The notes under the pieces are model-generated. The model did not search any database. It was given only the letters and a program-made list of their open reading frames with translations, and was not told where the DNA came from. The position numbers and the translations under genes were made by a program. From positions 175,559,828 to 175,623,827 of the forward strand of contig NC_052155.1 in the NCBI RefSeq assembly GCF_902713615.1: 64,000 bases of DNA. The letters run 5' to 3'. Position 1 is the first letter of the stretch; every line of letters begins with the position of its first letter. Shown here piece by piece: positions 26,239-37,694 of the stretch. Source of the stretch: Scyliorhinus canicula. Its lineage: Eukaryota.

Positions 26239-26475
26239 GGGCAGCACGGTGGCCTAGTGGTTAGCACAACCGCCTCACGGCGCTGAGGTCCCAGGTTCGA
26301 TCCCGGCTCTGGGTCACTGTCCGTGTGGAGTTTGCACATTCTCCCCGTGTCTGCGTGGGTTTCGCCCCCACAACCCAAAAATGTGCAGAGTAGGTGGATT
26401 GGCCATGCTAAATTGCCCCTTAATTGGAAAAAATAATTGGGTAATCTAAAATTTTAAAAAAAAAAAAAAAAAAAA
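26239..26475 (+). mobile_element. Short poly(A)-tailed V-SINE with about 18-bp TSD
   Basis: TSD aagaatttgtctgagcca. Confidence 0.92.
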
Positions 26476-26787
26476 GAATTTGTCTGAGCCAATGCTGATG
26501 GAAGCACAAATATTAAGAGATAATAAACAAAGTCTACTTCCAACAAGAGCTAACCACACTTTAACGAACCACACTTCAAAGCAGTCACTCGCTGAGTATA
26601 TTCAAACACTTCCCCATTTAACATTTAGGAATAAAATGTTGACTTTCATTCCTATTCCAACTAATTGAAATGGTTTGCACCATAAACCTTATCTGCCTAC
26701 GAAAGCTTAAGACGCGTGACCAAGCCAGCCCTGGTAATTAAACCAATTAAGAATATATCTATATCAGCATCAAAATAAAAGCTAATA

Positions 26788-27004
26788 GGGGCAGCACGGT
26801 GGCGCAGTGGGTTAGCACTGCGGCCTCATGGTGCCGAGGTCCCAGGTTCGATCCCGGCTCTGGATCACTGTCCGTGTGGAGTTTGCTCATTCTCCCCGTG
26901 TTTGCGTGGGTTTCGCCCCCACAACCCAAAAATATGCAAGGTAGGTGGATTGGTCACGCTAAATTGCGCCTTAATTGGAAAAAATGAATTGAGTACTCTA
27001 GATT
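26788..27004 (+). mobile_element. Short V-SINE with TSD aaataaaagctaat
   Basis: Flanking direct repeat. Confidence 0.9.
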
Positions 27005-27179
27005 AAATAAAAGCTAATGCAACCGGGTTTATGTTGTGCTGGACTCGCTCAAAGGTTGTTCAGCGATGCTCAGAACTTTGTAAAGGTGCACAATTTTATC
27101 ACTGAGGAGAGGTTAATTCAAATCTTTATGTCAACATCAATATGAGGCACATTTTTCCTTGTTTCCAAGCAACTGATAC

Positions 27180-27563
27180 TGTCAGGTCAATAATGTAGAA
27201 ATGCATGAGCTCTTCACTGGGCAAGTTTCATTGCTGCAAAAATATGACCTCTTCCTTGTCGAATAGGATTTCCACTCTTCATTTTAAAAGCCATGGGGCG
27301 GGATTCTCTGTCGGCAAGATCCTCCGCTTCGCCGGCAGTGCACTCACGCCCGGGGATTTCCCGATGGCGTGGGGGTGCCCACAATGGGAAACCCCATTGG
27401 CCGGCTGCCGTGTCGGAGAATCCCACTGCCGGCCGGGCTGCGCGCGCCAGAAAACAGGTCTGGCGGGAAGGAGAATCCAACCCCGTGTTCCTGGCCATAA
27501 CAACATGGACAGTATCTGGGCCCCGGGCCATGCTGATCAGATCCCCATTTACAACTAAGGTCT
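27180..27563 (-). pseudogene. GluN-like exon 12 (S2), interrupted by a MITE
   Basis: Strong acceptor atcttaccctttgcag|; TLVVNGDLISMARG..[MITE 27296-27483]..; 3' boundary uncertain. Confidence 0.45.
27296..27483. mobile_element. Short Harbinger-like MITE inserted in the GluN-like S2 exon
   Basis: TIR gggcgggattctc...gagaatccaaccc. Confidence 0.8.
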
Positions 27564-27629
27564 CTGCAAAGGGTAAGATCAAATGAATGTTCAACGCACT
27601 AAAAATAGGAATCCAAATGGTGTTCAACA

Positions 27630-28300
27630 GTGTTCTAACATAAGAACCTAAGAAATGGGAATGGATGTAGACCTTCTGGTTCCTCAATAACTTTGTCATT
27701 CAATCAGATCATTGATGGTCTTCAACCTCAACGGTACTTGCCTGCCTAATTCCCAAGGTCTTTCCCTTAAGAGTCCAAAACCCTATCAGTGTCAGCCTTG
27801 AATATACTCAACAAATCAGCGTCCACAGCCCTCTGGGGTAAAGAATACCAAACTCTCAACTCTCCAATTCAAGAAATGTCTCCTCATCTCAGTCCTAAAT
27901 GCCCAACTGTTTATCATGTTACACTGCTCCCTTTTCCAGAGACCCCAGCCAAGGAAAACAGCATCTCAGCATTTACTCTGCCAAGCCTTCGCGGGACCTT
28001 ATACATTTCGGTTTGATTACCTCTCATTTTTCTCAACTCCAGAGAATATAGGCCCAATCTACTCATTAAACTACCTCATTGGACAACCTGCTCATCATAG
28101 GAATTAATCCAGGAATTAATCCCTCTGAGCAACAACATTTAATAGGCCTTTACAGTCTAAAATCATTTTATTTTAGTTCTGCCTACTAACATAAATAACT
28201 TCACCTTTCCCCACTTTACACTCTACCTGCCACTTCCTTACTCACTTAACCCATTTCTATCCCATTGCGGATCCTTTAGGTCACTTTTAAGATCAAATAT
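27630..28300 (-). mobile_element. Old CR1 LINE 3' fragment
   Basis: Tail aacataagaacctaagaa and degenerate ORF2 C-terminus. Confidence 0.7.
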
Positions 28301-28447
28301 CTGGGTTGAATGGGAGGTCAAAGTGTTAAATTTGAATCGAAACCCAAACCCTCTTCCAACCCAGCCAATCCCAGATTTAACTGAAATTCATCAACCCATT
28401 CCCAAGCGAGGGGTTGCCACTTTAAGTATAATAATGCGGTTGCAAGC

Positions 28448-28513
28448 CTCATTATGTTATTCCCCATTTTAACTGAGGTAACGAATGCCAGATCGAGAGG
28501 TTGTGGCTTTTCA
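28448..28513 (-). pseudogene. GluN-like exon 11 (S2)
   Basis: Phase-2 start matches exon 10: SEKPQPLDLAFVTSVKMGNNIMR; donor appears to be GC or mutated. Confidence 0.5.
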
Positions 28514-29029
28514 CTAAACAACCAGATCCAATGTGTCTGCCTTGTGCCTGCCTAGGAAACACCCTCTCCCATCAGCAAACACACCCCCACACACATAACA
28601 TATACAGACTCTTCTGATAATCGAACCTTCCCTTTGAGGCCTCCAACCATCCCATTAGCCTTAAATCTCCCCACTGCCAGGCCCCTTAAACCCCCTGCCC
28701 TGTTGTTGGCCTCCGAACTCCTGTCCTAACCTATCTCCCCCTCAGATCTCTAACATCCCTCCCCAAACCACCCCCACCCCCAATAGACCCTGATCTCCCA
28801 CCTGCTCAGGTGGAGGCCAAAACCAGAGAACATGGGGGATTCCTGATCTCTAGGGTCGTTGTGCCTTCACCATTCCCAGCCATTCAGGTAGGTTAAGAGC
28901 CAGTCCTTTGCATCCTCCTCAGAGCTTACCTTCCCAGTAATCTTTGCCTCATCAGCAAAATTGGATACATTGTGCTAAGTCCCTTAATCTGAGCCAAAGG
29001 TCTGCAACCCACATCTCTGCAATTGTACG

Positions 29030-29190
29030 GGCGGCACGGTGGCACAGTGGTTAGCACTGCTGCTTTATGGCGCCGAGGACCCGGGTTCAATCTCAGCTCC
29101 GGGTCACTATCCATGTGGGGTTTTCACATTCTCCCCATGTCTGTGTGGGTCTCACCTCCACAATCGAAAAAAATGTGCAGGGTAGGTATT
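29030..29190 (+). mobile_element. Truncated V-SINE
   Basis: Head and partial core. Confidence 0.8.
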
Positions 29191-29330
29191 GGGTTCTGTG
29201 AATTGCTGGGATACTGGTCCAGGGCTGGTTTAAGTGCAGTCCATTCAAATGGAACAGCTCCCCTTTTCCCCAGTCCTGGTGTCAGTGAAACCACCATCTC
29301 TGAAACCACCCTTTAAGCCGCACACACAAC

Positions 29331-29389
29331 CTACTGATCTGGTTTGCCTGTATGCTACTTTTCACATAACCATAATTACCTTTAAGGTT
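29331..29389 (-). pseudogene. GluN-like exon 10 (S2 start)
   Basis: 59 nt NLKGNYGYVKSSIQANQIS, phase 0 in and phase 2 out; compare FIYATVKQSS / FRFGTVRESS. Confidence 0.65.
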
Positions 29390-29825
29390 CTGTTTATTAA
29401 TTTGGACCCGAGCTTCTCATACTTTGTTTTTCACTGTTCTTTTACAGGATGTGGACGTTGTTGGCTAGTCCAGCATTTATTGCCCATTGTTAGGGCAAAG
29501 GTCAACGGTCGTTCAGCACCTAGGGGACACACGAGGGTACATCACCCTCCTGTCCTTGACTACTTGACCAGACCTGTACCATTGCCAACCGGAAGGGGTA
29601 TGACCACCTCCTGGATTAAAATGCCCAGGTAGCTCTCCCCCTCTGATATGCTCCACAGTGTCTGCCCTCAGATTCCAGTTCAACAACTCAAGGCTGTGGT
29701 TGCTCAAAATGCAGATGTGATTATCCAGGATTGCCATACTGTCCACAAACCCCAACATGCTTCAGCTGTGGTACACCACATCCCTATCTAACCTCACCTT
29801 ATTAATTTCATTAATTAAAGTTTAC

Positions 29826-30494
29826 GGCCACAAAATTGGGCTCCTTGAAGAGGTTTGTATTTTTGAATGAACGAACCGTGGCCACTATTGCCAGGTTGTC
29901 GGTGTTGTCATAATATTCACTCATGTATACCATGAGATGCCGACGGGCAGTGATTGACACACAGGATAACCAATGAACACACACAACACAGAACAATCAA
30001 TCACCAGACAGGACACTATAAAGCTCACAGGGCATTAAGGCTCTAACTCTCTCACAGGACACGGCCAGGGAGATAGTCGCAGTGCACCGGCCAATGAACA
30101 TCATCACCATGTGGTAGAGAGCTAGTCTGGTCAAGCCAGTAGGAGGTTATCAGTTAGGTTAATAGAGTGTCAACCCACAGCAGATTATGTACAGCAATCA
30201 ACAGGTTCAATAAAACAGTGTTGGACCATCTCCTGTGTCGGAAGCCTGTTTCTCGTTTTACTGCATCCAGTTGCAGTTGATGTTAGACCAACACAGATAA
30301 CACATCAGGTGGGTACGGGGTCATCGGGCCCAGTTGTAACCTACTGATCGCAGTACCTCCAGTGATGGAGCTGGAGTGAATTGTGTGAAAGAGGCCTCAA
30401 GGGACTCCCGGACAGCTACCAGGAAGTCAACTCCAGGAACCTGTTGGGATTCAGCTTCATCAGGAGGGCCCATCCACCCTCGTGTGTCCCCAAT
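29826..30494 (-). pseudogene. GluN-like exon 9 (M2-M3), interrupted by a solo LTR
   Basis: VDFLVAVRESLEASFTQFTPAPSLEVLRSVGYNWA..PY[LTR]TDNLAIVATVRSFKNTNLFKEPNFVA; compare GluN1 PRSFSARILGMVWA..SYTANLAA; donor gcc|gtaaac. Confidence 0.8.
29906..30307 (+). mobile_element. Solo LTR inserted in the M3 motif of the GluN-like pseudogene
   Basis: TGTCAT...ACATCA, TATAAA, AATAAA, flanks ggtgt/ggtgg; near-identical inverted copy at 49014-49626. Confidence 0.9.
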
Positions 30495-30594
30495 CTGTTT
30501 TGAAATGGGCCCTTACAAATTCAAATTGAGGAAAGGTTGGGCTTATATTCTTTGGAGTTGAGTAGAATGTAAAGCAATCGTATTGAAACATTAA

Positions 30595-31703
30595 GGGTAG
30601 AATTCTCCCATTTTCAGACTAAGTGCAGTGGTGGGCAGCTCCGAAGGTGCTTTTCCCGCTGGCCGGAATGGCCAGATCCCACTCCAAATTTAACGTTTGG
30701 AATCTCATTAATTATGCGCAGGTGAGTTCTCCTCAGAGTTACTGGCGGGCCGGCAGCTGATTTGTCCGCCCGTCATCAGCTGGTACGTACAAAGGTCCTG
30801 CCAACATATTTAAATACTAGTCCAGCCCATTCATCTCATTCTCTCCAGTACACCTGTCTTCACCAGAATGTACGGGATGTCAAGAGGACATTTGTTCCTC
30901 GATTCAAACACGCTCCCCCCGGGCCCATCACCTGCAAGGCCCCCATGCCCCACTTGGACATCTACCCACCCCATCTGGAGTCTTCGTGCTTCCCCTTCCC
31001 GTAAACGATGTGGTAACCCTTTGACCTCCTCGTTTGTGAACTTTTCATGCAGGTTTGTCGGGGTCCACAATCTGTCCCCTCAGTCCTACCTCTGCCTTCC
31101 ATCGTACAACCCCCTTGTCCCACCGCCTGCCTCGCCCTCGCCCCTTCCTTGCACTGCCCCCCTGCCACATTGTTCTCCCAGGTCTTTGTCAAGCCACCAC
31201 CACCCTCTTGCCTCAACTTGCACTCCACCTCCCATCAAAGTTGAACCTTTGTTGCGGTGGCTTTATGAGTCCCGTAGCACAGAGCTGTCCAGATGGGCAC
31301 GGGTGAGTGGCACCCGGGTGAAGGAGACCCCTGTGTTCCCCAAGCCCAGGGACTGTACTGATCTGAGACGGTGCCACAGGAGGGTTCATGGTGCAGTCCA
31401 TGAAGACCAGCTCGGCATGGAGATAGAGGACAGGAACCGGTCTGCCCCTGGCAGAGTGATGCACAGCGCATCAGGAGCAGACCGTTGGTTGAGCACACCA
31501 TGGCAGAAAGTTGCTGCACTCACCCCGAAGTCTGTGGTGGACTGAGGGCCGCTTTGTACATGCCGCCCCTCAACAATCCTCAACAGTAATTTAATTGCCT
31601 GATGACTGTGAAATCTGGTCATAGCTTCTCAGCCCGACGGAGACAATCGTATCCCGATTTTCCGGCTGGTGGGCGGGGCTAAAGCCTTGGCAAAAATTCC
31701 GGC
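30595..31703 (+). mobile_element. PIF/Harbinger deletion derivative with TAA TSD and Myb/SANT-like remnant
   Basis: taa|gggtagaatt...aattccggc|taa; FVPRF, VEPLL..ESR, PWQKVA motifs. Confidence 0.7.
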
Positions 31704-31890
31704 TAAAGAAACAAAATATTAGCTGGCAGTGTAAAAGAGGAGTACTGTGCAATATGTGGTGCGTACTGTGTAAATGCTGGCACAGAACTGAGAATCATGG
31801 TATTACGCCCCTTGCAATGCTTTTTAAACCATGTTATTTGACCCTGAGAGGTTCTTGCCATTTGCTTCTCTCGAGTTGAGTGACACTTAC

Positions 31891-32450
31891 CCACAGGAGA
31901 GATGGAAGTGGGAGCAATACATTGGAAACTGATTAGCATTTCCCTGTATTTGTCAGATGGCGCTTTTGATCTTGGTCAGCTGCCAATTGAAGGGGGTTGG
32001 CCTAACTCTTTACATAATAACAGAATCACTAATCCCACAACTGACAAGTAGATCGCTTGCACAGTTTCGAGTCAGAGGGTCCTTGTTATACATGTGTGGA
32101 GACTTTATACATGTGTGTGTATCCGCTTACTCCTTGGAATGCACCAATACATACTGACACCTAATCTAAGGGCCACCCATTATTACCAGTTCAGGAAGGC
32201 CGCTGCTCTGTTAAATGTCACTCCGCTCAATCCCGTGCTGATTTCCCTTTTTCTAAGCAAAAACAAACTGCATCCAATGCCCATGTGAACCCGAGTAGAC
32301 TCGTCCAGCCTTTTCCAAAAACAACAGGCAAGCCTTGGATCACGTCCAAAGGACACATTCTGGTTGAGGAGCTCACAATTAATGCAAACCGATGTGGGGC
32401 AATCTGCGGTGGGATCATGTGGGTAATTTGCTTTCACAGATGGATTCCTT
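31891..32450 (-). pseudogene. GluN-like exon 8 (S1 Cys loop through M1)
   Basis: NPSVKANYPHDPTADCPTSVCINC...RLACCF; EKGKS; S*TG(fs)IMGG; FQGVSGYTH..GPSDSKL(fs)QAIYLSVVGLVILLLCKELGQP; perfect donor tgg|gtaagt. Confidence 0.75.
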
Positions 32451-32734
32451 CTGTCAATTTAAGCGATAGGAATATGGGGGGGGGGGCGGTGGGACTTGGA
32501 TCACTCAGGGGAATACTAATTGTAAGCTTTTCCGGGAGCGATATCACGTCAGTTAATTTTCTGATCAGTGGATTCGCGTCTTCCCCTGAAGTTTTACTTT
32601 GAGCAGGGTTCTTAGCATTTTCATTTCTGAGCCCCCTTTCCATGTTAATAGAACTCCACCCCCCTCAACCCCGCCAACGCAAGTATTGTTTCTGTACATC
32701 AATCAGTTTTGCATCTATGAAAATAAACATTCTT

Positions 32735-33285
32735 TTTTTCTTATTTTTAAAAAATAAATTTAGAGTACCCAATTATTTTTTTCCAATTAAGGGGCAATTT
32801 AGCGTGGCCAATCCCACCTAGCCTGCACATCTTTGGGTTGTGGGGGGTGAGACCCACGCAGTCACGGGGTGAATGTGCAAACTCCACACGGACAGTGGCC
32901 CAGAGCCGGGAGCGAACCCGGGTCCTCAGCTAACCACTGTGCCACCGTGCCGCCCAACATTCCTTTTCCTTCTCTGTTTCATTGCTTGGCAATTAAACGT
33001 CTTCAATTTCCAGAGTTTCGAAGATTCATCGGACTTGTACACCCATTACACGTTATAGTTTTTTTTTTGTTTTTAAATTTAGAGTACCCAATTCATTTTT
33101 TCCAATTAAGGGGCAATTTATCGTGGTCAATCCACCTACCCTGCACATCTTTGGGTTGTGGGGACGAAACCCACACGGGGAGAATGTGCAAACTCCACAC
33201 GGGCAGTGACCCAGAGCCGGGATCGAAACTGGGACCTCGGCGCCATGAGGCAGCTGTGCTAACCACTGTGCCACCGTGCTGCCCC
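32735..33285 (-). mobile_element. Two short V-SINEs (32735-32955 and 33061-33285; the latter with TSD tacacgttatagtt)
   Basis: Reverse-complement matches, poly-T ends. Confidence 0.9.
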
Positions 33286-33409
33286 TACACGTTATAGTTG
33301 AGGAATAAGTCCATTTCTAGTTCTAATGAAGCCAAAATTCAAGTAGCTGACTTTATATTTCCCTAATTTTTCAGGGTTAATTTGACAGCTTCATGTCTTT
33401 CCCTCACAC

Positions 33410-33574
33410 CTTCACCAACTCAGTACTCTAATCGCTGAACTTGATGAAGAAAGTTCTGCATTATCATTCTGTGAGTTTTGTTGTTTCCAAGCTGATGGTC
33501 TGACATATCTATTTACCGCGGTCATTCCTGTTCTATGTCGTTCATCCTGCTGCCCTGAAATAGCTCCAATATAC
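33410..33574 (-). pseudogene. GluN-like exon 7 (ATD-S1 linker)
   Basis: YIGAISGQ...SSSSAIRVL(frameshift)LVK, compare LRVVT.EEPF; acceptor ctctctcgtgtaag|, donor aag|gtgtga. Confidence 0.5.
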
Positions 33575-33779
33575 CTTACACGAGAGAGCACATTATCATT
33601 CCTAACAAGGTGCTAATTCCTGCTTTCACTGTGTGACAAACACACAGCAAATGGGGGTAAGCCCGCCAAGGATCAAAACATAACTCAAAAAATACTCCAG
33701 CCCTCACACAGATGGTGAGCAAAGCCTTTTACGTCAATGGCATTCGATACTCCATATGCATGAGCAAAGCATCAAATAC

Positions 33780-34046
33780 CCCAGGTGGGTGAATATAGGA
33801 TCAGATACCCTGAACCATTCTGAAGATATATGGCCTGCTCTTCCTGTGGCTGTTGATTCGCCTGCTGTTTTCCAGTCTGTCTACTGTTGCAGGAATTTTC
33901 GTTCTTATCTTCCGACAAAGGGAATGCTTTGAAACGTCATCTCGTGAATTTGCAACACATTCCCAGTTTTATGGAGGTGTTGCGAAATGGGTTGCTGAGC
34001 CTGAACCCTTGCCTCTTGGGTCATTGGCGTGGTTGCCAGTAAATAT
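33780..34046 (-). pseudogene. Candidate GluN-like exon 6
   Basis: Unique sequence between ctgtttag| and |gtattt; frame has stops and no diagnostic motif. Confidence 0.25.
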
Positions 34047-34053
34047 CTAAACA

Positions 34054-34408
34054 GAATCATAGAATTTACAGTGCAGAAGGAGGCCATTCGGCCCATCGAG
34101 TCTGCACCGGCTCTTGGAAAGAGCACCCGACACAAGCCCACATCTCAACACTACCCCCAGGCTTCCACCCTAACCCCGTAACTCTGTAACCCCACTTAGT
34201 ATTTTTGTTAAGTGCAATTTATCACGGCCAATCCACCTGACCCGCACATCTTTGGACTGTTGGAGGAAACCGGAGCTCCCGGAGGAAACCACGCAGACAC
34301 GGGGAGAGCGTGCAGACGCCGTACAGACAGTGACCCAAGCCAGGAATCGAACCTGGGACCCTGGTACTGCGAAGCAACTGTGCTAACCACTGTGCCGCCG
34401 TGCTGCCC
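34054..34408 (-). mobile_element. HE1-like V-SINE
   Basis: Reverse-complement match. Confidence 0.9.
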
Positions 34409-34619
34409 TACAGAGTGCAGTACAGCTGAAATCTGCACTGGGGCAATGCCCCAGAAGCTGGTTCCAAGGCGGATGGGGGGGGGGGGGGGGGGGGGGGGGG
34501 ACGTTAAGAAGACCAGGGTGAAGATCACCCAGTTAACCTCATCACCACCCACCACCCCATCTCAGAGGGGGTCTGGGTTTACCTCAAAGTCATGGTTTAA
34601 TTGTGCAAAGGTGAGCTGC

Positions 34620-35632
34620 TAGAACTAACTCCACAGGTCGCTGTCCATCTCCAGGTATGTCCTTCACCTGGCCGCAGATGGTGACGTTGCCCAAGTACGG
34701 AAATGTGGCCAGCAGCCCATACTGGTCCACCATTCAGTCCATCGTTCTTCAGAAGACCGAGACCCCATTGGTAATGCCGAAGAGGACCCGGAGGAAGTGG
34801 AAGAGGCGGCCGTCTGCCTCAAAGTCCGTGTAGTGGCGGTCTTCCGGGCGGATTGGGAGCTGGTGGTACACGGACTTCAGATCCACCTTGGAGAACACCC
34901 GGAAGTGTGCGATCTGATTCACCGTGTCTGCTATCCGGGGGAGTGGGTACGCATTGAGTTCATATAGTTTAAAGTTTGCGTATTCGACGCCTTGTATCAT
35001 GAGGTTCGCGTCATGTACCCCCAGATCTGCACTGAGTGCGATTTGGAAGGGAGGGAGATTGTTTGAAATGCGGGGGAGATTAGGAGAGAACAGCACCTTA
35101 CCGTGTCTGGGTGAACGAAGCTCTCCGTGCTCCCAGAGTCAAACAGGCAAGGCGTTTCGTGTCCATTGACCCGTCGGTCATCATGGAGTTCTGGAGGTGC
35201 ATTGGCCGTGACTGGTCGAGGGTGACCGCGCCGAGTTGCGGGTAGCCGGCGTGGTCAGAGGTGGCGCGTGGTCCCAAGATGGCTGCCCCGTCGGCCGCAC
35301 GTGTCGGACGGCGTGGGAGACGGCGGCCAAGATTGCGGCCCCTGTGAGTCGCACGTGCTGTGTAGAGTCGAATATGGCTGCCCCCACGGACAACACGAGG
35401 CGGATGATGCGTCCGAAGGGGGCAGAGCAAGCAGGCACGCAGCCAAGCTGTGGGGTCTGCAGGATGTGAGTCCGAGAGTCGGGCCTGTAGTTTGGAGGAC
35501 TTGGACCTGGCCAGGCAAACTTTGGCAAAGTGGCCTTTCTTGCCGCAGTCGCTACAGTTCACATTCCGAGCCCGGCAACGCTGCCTGGGGTGCTGGTGCT
35601 GGCCGCAGAAATAGCAGGGTAGCCCCCCGGGT
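34620..35632 (-). mobile_element. Ty3/Gypsy gag-pol fragment
   Basis: CCHC knuckle CSDCGKKGHFAKVC; RT AYPLPRI..FSKVDLKSVYHQL..FGITNGVSVF. Confidence 0.9.
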
Positions 35633-36194
35633 TGAGTGGCATAAAAACCCGGTCTGGCTCACTCATGTCCTTTGGGGAAGGAAATCTGCCATCCTTACCT
35701 GGTCTGGCCTACATGTGACTCCAGACCCACAGCAACATGTTTGACCCTCAGCAAGCCACTAACTTCAGGTAGCTATTAGGGTTGGGTAACAAATGCTGCC
35801 CTTGACAGTGATGCCCACACACTACTGAAACAATAAAAAAAAGTCACAGTAATACCGTCTTATTTCTATTGTAGTAAATTTACTCTATCAGTCACCAGAA
35901 GGGGCATTTTAACTGATGTTTTTTTTTTTTGAAAACACAGTGCAAGACCAATTTTGTTGTCATTTAATTCCAATTCAGTTTAGTTCGTTTAATTGACAAA
36001 CCACTTTGCTGAAACTGAAAGTAGGTTATGCAAAAGGAAGTCAATAAAATAGATGAGGGTTTGCATTCCCCAGGCAGTTAGAGTAAAGGATGCGGAGGGT
36101 GAGTCACAGAAGAGGCCCCGAAAACCAAATTAAGGTCATGGGAATATTTCCCTGACCAGAAAACAGATGTCACACGGTCGGCACAGGATTTAAC

Positions 36195-36302
36195 CGTGGA
36201 TGTCTGGGGACCCTTTGACATCCTACTGACAAGTACGATGAAAAGCATAAGCTGGAACCAGAACATCCTGAACTGACGCAACGTCGAAGCTGTTTATTGA
36301 GT
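36195..36302 (-). pseudogene. Candidate GluN-like exon 5
   Basis: Acceptor ctttttcacaag|; LNKQLRRCVSSGCSGSSLCF resembles the G.SG..F motif at the ATD end; weak donor. Confidence 0.3.
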
Positions 36303-36599
36303 CTTGTGAAAAAGACTTTTGTTTCTTTCCGTACATAGTAAGTGCTTTCAGGCAGAGTCAGTCAACTCCCTTGAGATTCCATCACAAATACTATTACTGG
36401 GCACATTCTAAGCCTCAGGGGTAAACAGAGAAGTATTCTATTCTCCGATCTCCAAGAGGGGCATCAGGGGAGGAGCCCATGTGGAATACAACTGATTCTA
36501 TCCAAGAGGATTTCCTAACTGGCTGGTCAAGGAGGACTTCGCCCACCTTGTGCCAAGTAATGGGAAGGACATTATTAAACTTATTGAAGAAAGAGTGCA

Positions 36600-37645
36600 G
36601 AAAAGATTTACTAGGGTACTACCCGGGACTTGATGGGTTGAGTTATCGGACGCGATTCTCCGAGCCCCGCGCCGGGCCAGAGAATCGCCTCAACCGCGCC
36701 ATGACGTCCCGACGCCAGCGCGTGATTCTCCGAGGTGCGGAGAATCGGCGCCATTTGCGCCGGCGCGTTTGATGCGGCCCCGGCCACGGGCCGCTGGAAT
36801 CAGCGGGGCCACCGATTCTCCGGCCCGGATGGGCCAAGCGGCCGCCCAGATACGGCAGAGTCCCGCCGGCGCCATTCACCCCTGGTCGCTGCCGGCGGCA
36901 ACGCTGCGTGAAGGGTCGGGGGCGGCCTGTGGGGCGGGGAAAAGCGCTCCTTCACCGGGGGTGATCCTCCAATGGGGTCTCACCCGCGATCGGGGCCCAC
37001 CGATCGGCGGTCCGCCCCCCCCCCCCCCCCCCCTCGGGCCTACTTTGTTGCGCGGCCGGCCCCTGAACCCCGACGCCTTGTCGAGTCGGGGCCGGCTCGC
37101 TGAAGTAGCACCCCCGCGCATGCGCAGGTTGGCGCGGCCCAACTGCGCATGTGAGGGTTGGCACGGTGCCCATTTGACGCCGGGAAGGGAGGCTGGAGCG
37201 GTTTCACGACGCCGCGAACACTTAGTCTCCATTTCGGAGAATCCCCATAAGGAGAGGCTGGATAGACTGGGATTTTTTCCCGGGAGCGCAGGAGGCTTAG
37301 GGGTGATCTTATAGAGAGCTATAAAATAATGAGGGGCATAGATAAGGTAGATAGTCAACATATTTTCCCAAAGGTAGGGGAGTCTAAAACTAGAGGGCAT
37401 AGGTTTAAGGTGAGGGAGGAGAGATACAAATAGGTCCAGAGGGGCAATTCTTTCCCACCGAAGCTGCCAGAGGCAGTAGTAGAGGCGGGTACAATTTTGT
37501 CTTTTCAAAAGCAGTTAGACAGTTATATGTGAAAGCTGGGTATAGAGGGTTATGGGCCAAATGCGGACAATTGGGACTAGCTTAGTGGTAAAAACTGGAC
37601 GAGTTGGGCCGAAGGGCCTGTTTTCATGCTGTAAATCTCTATGAG
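36600..37645 (+). mobile_element. CR1 LINE 3' end interrupted by MITE 36648-37246
   Basis: PGLDGLSY[MITE]KERLDRLG...; CR1-type tail ggccgaagggcctgt..ctctatg. Confidence 0.85.
36648..37246. mobile_element. Harbinger-like MITE (same family as the 4024 element)
   Basis: TIR ggacgcgattctcc...ggagaatcccc; atc/ata flanks. Confidence 0.85.
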
Positions 37646-37694
37646 GTGGTTGAGAAGCAGTGGTGGGATAGTTTATTAGAAACAACAGCGCTAA

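Noticed and set aside
31715-31760. YCTVLLFYTAS* resembling SYTANL
   Set aside because: Lies just after a perfect donor, in intron position; a better M2-M3 match is at 29826-30494.
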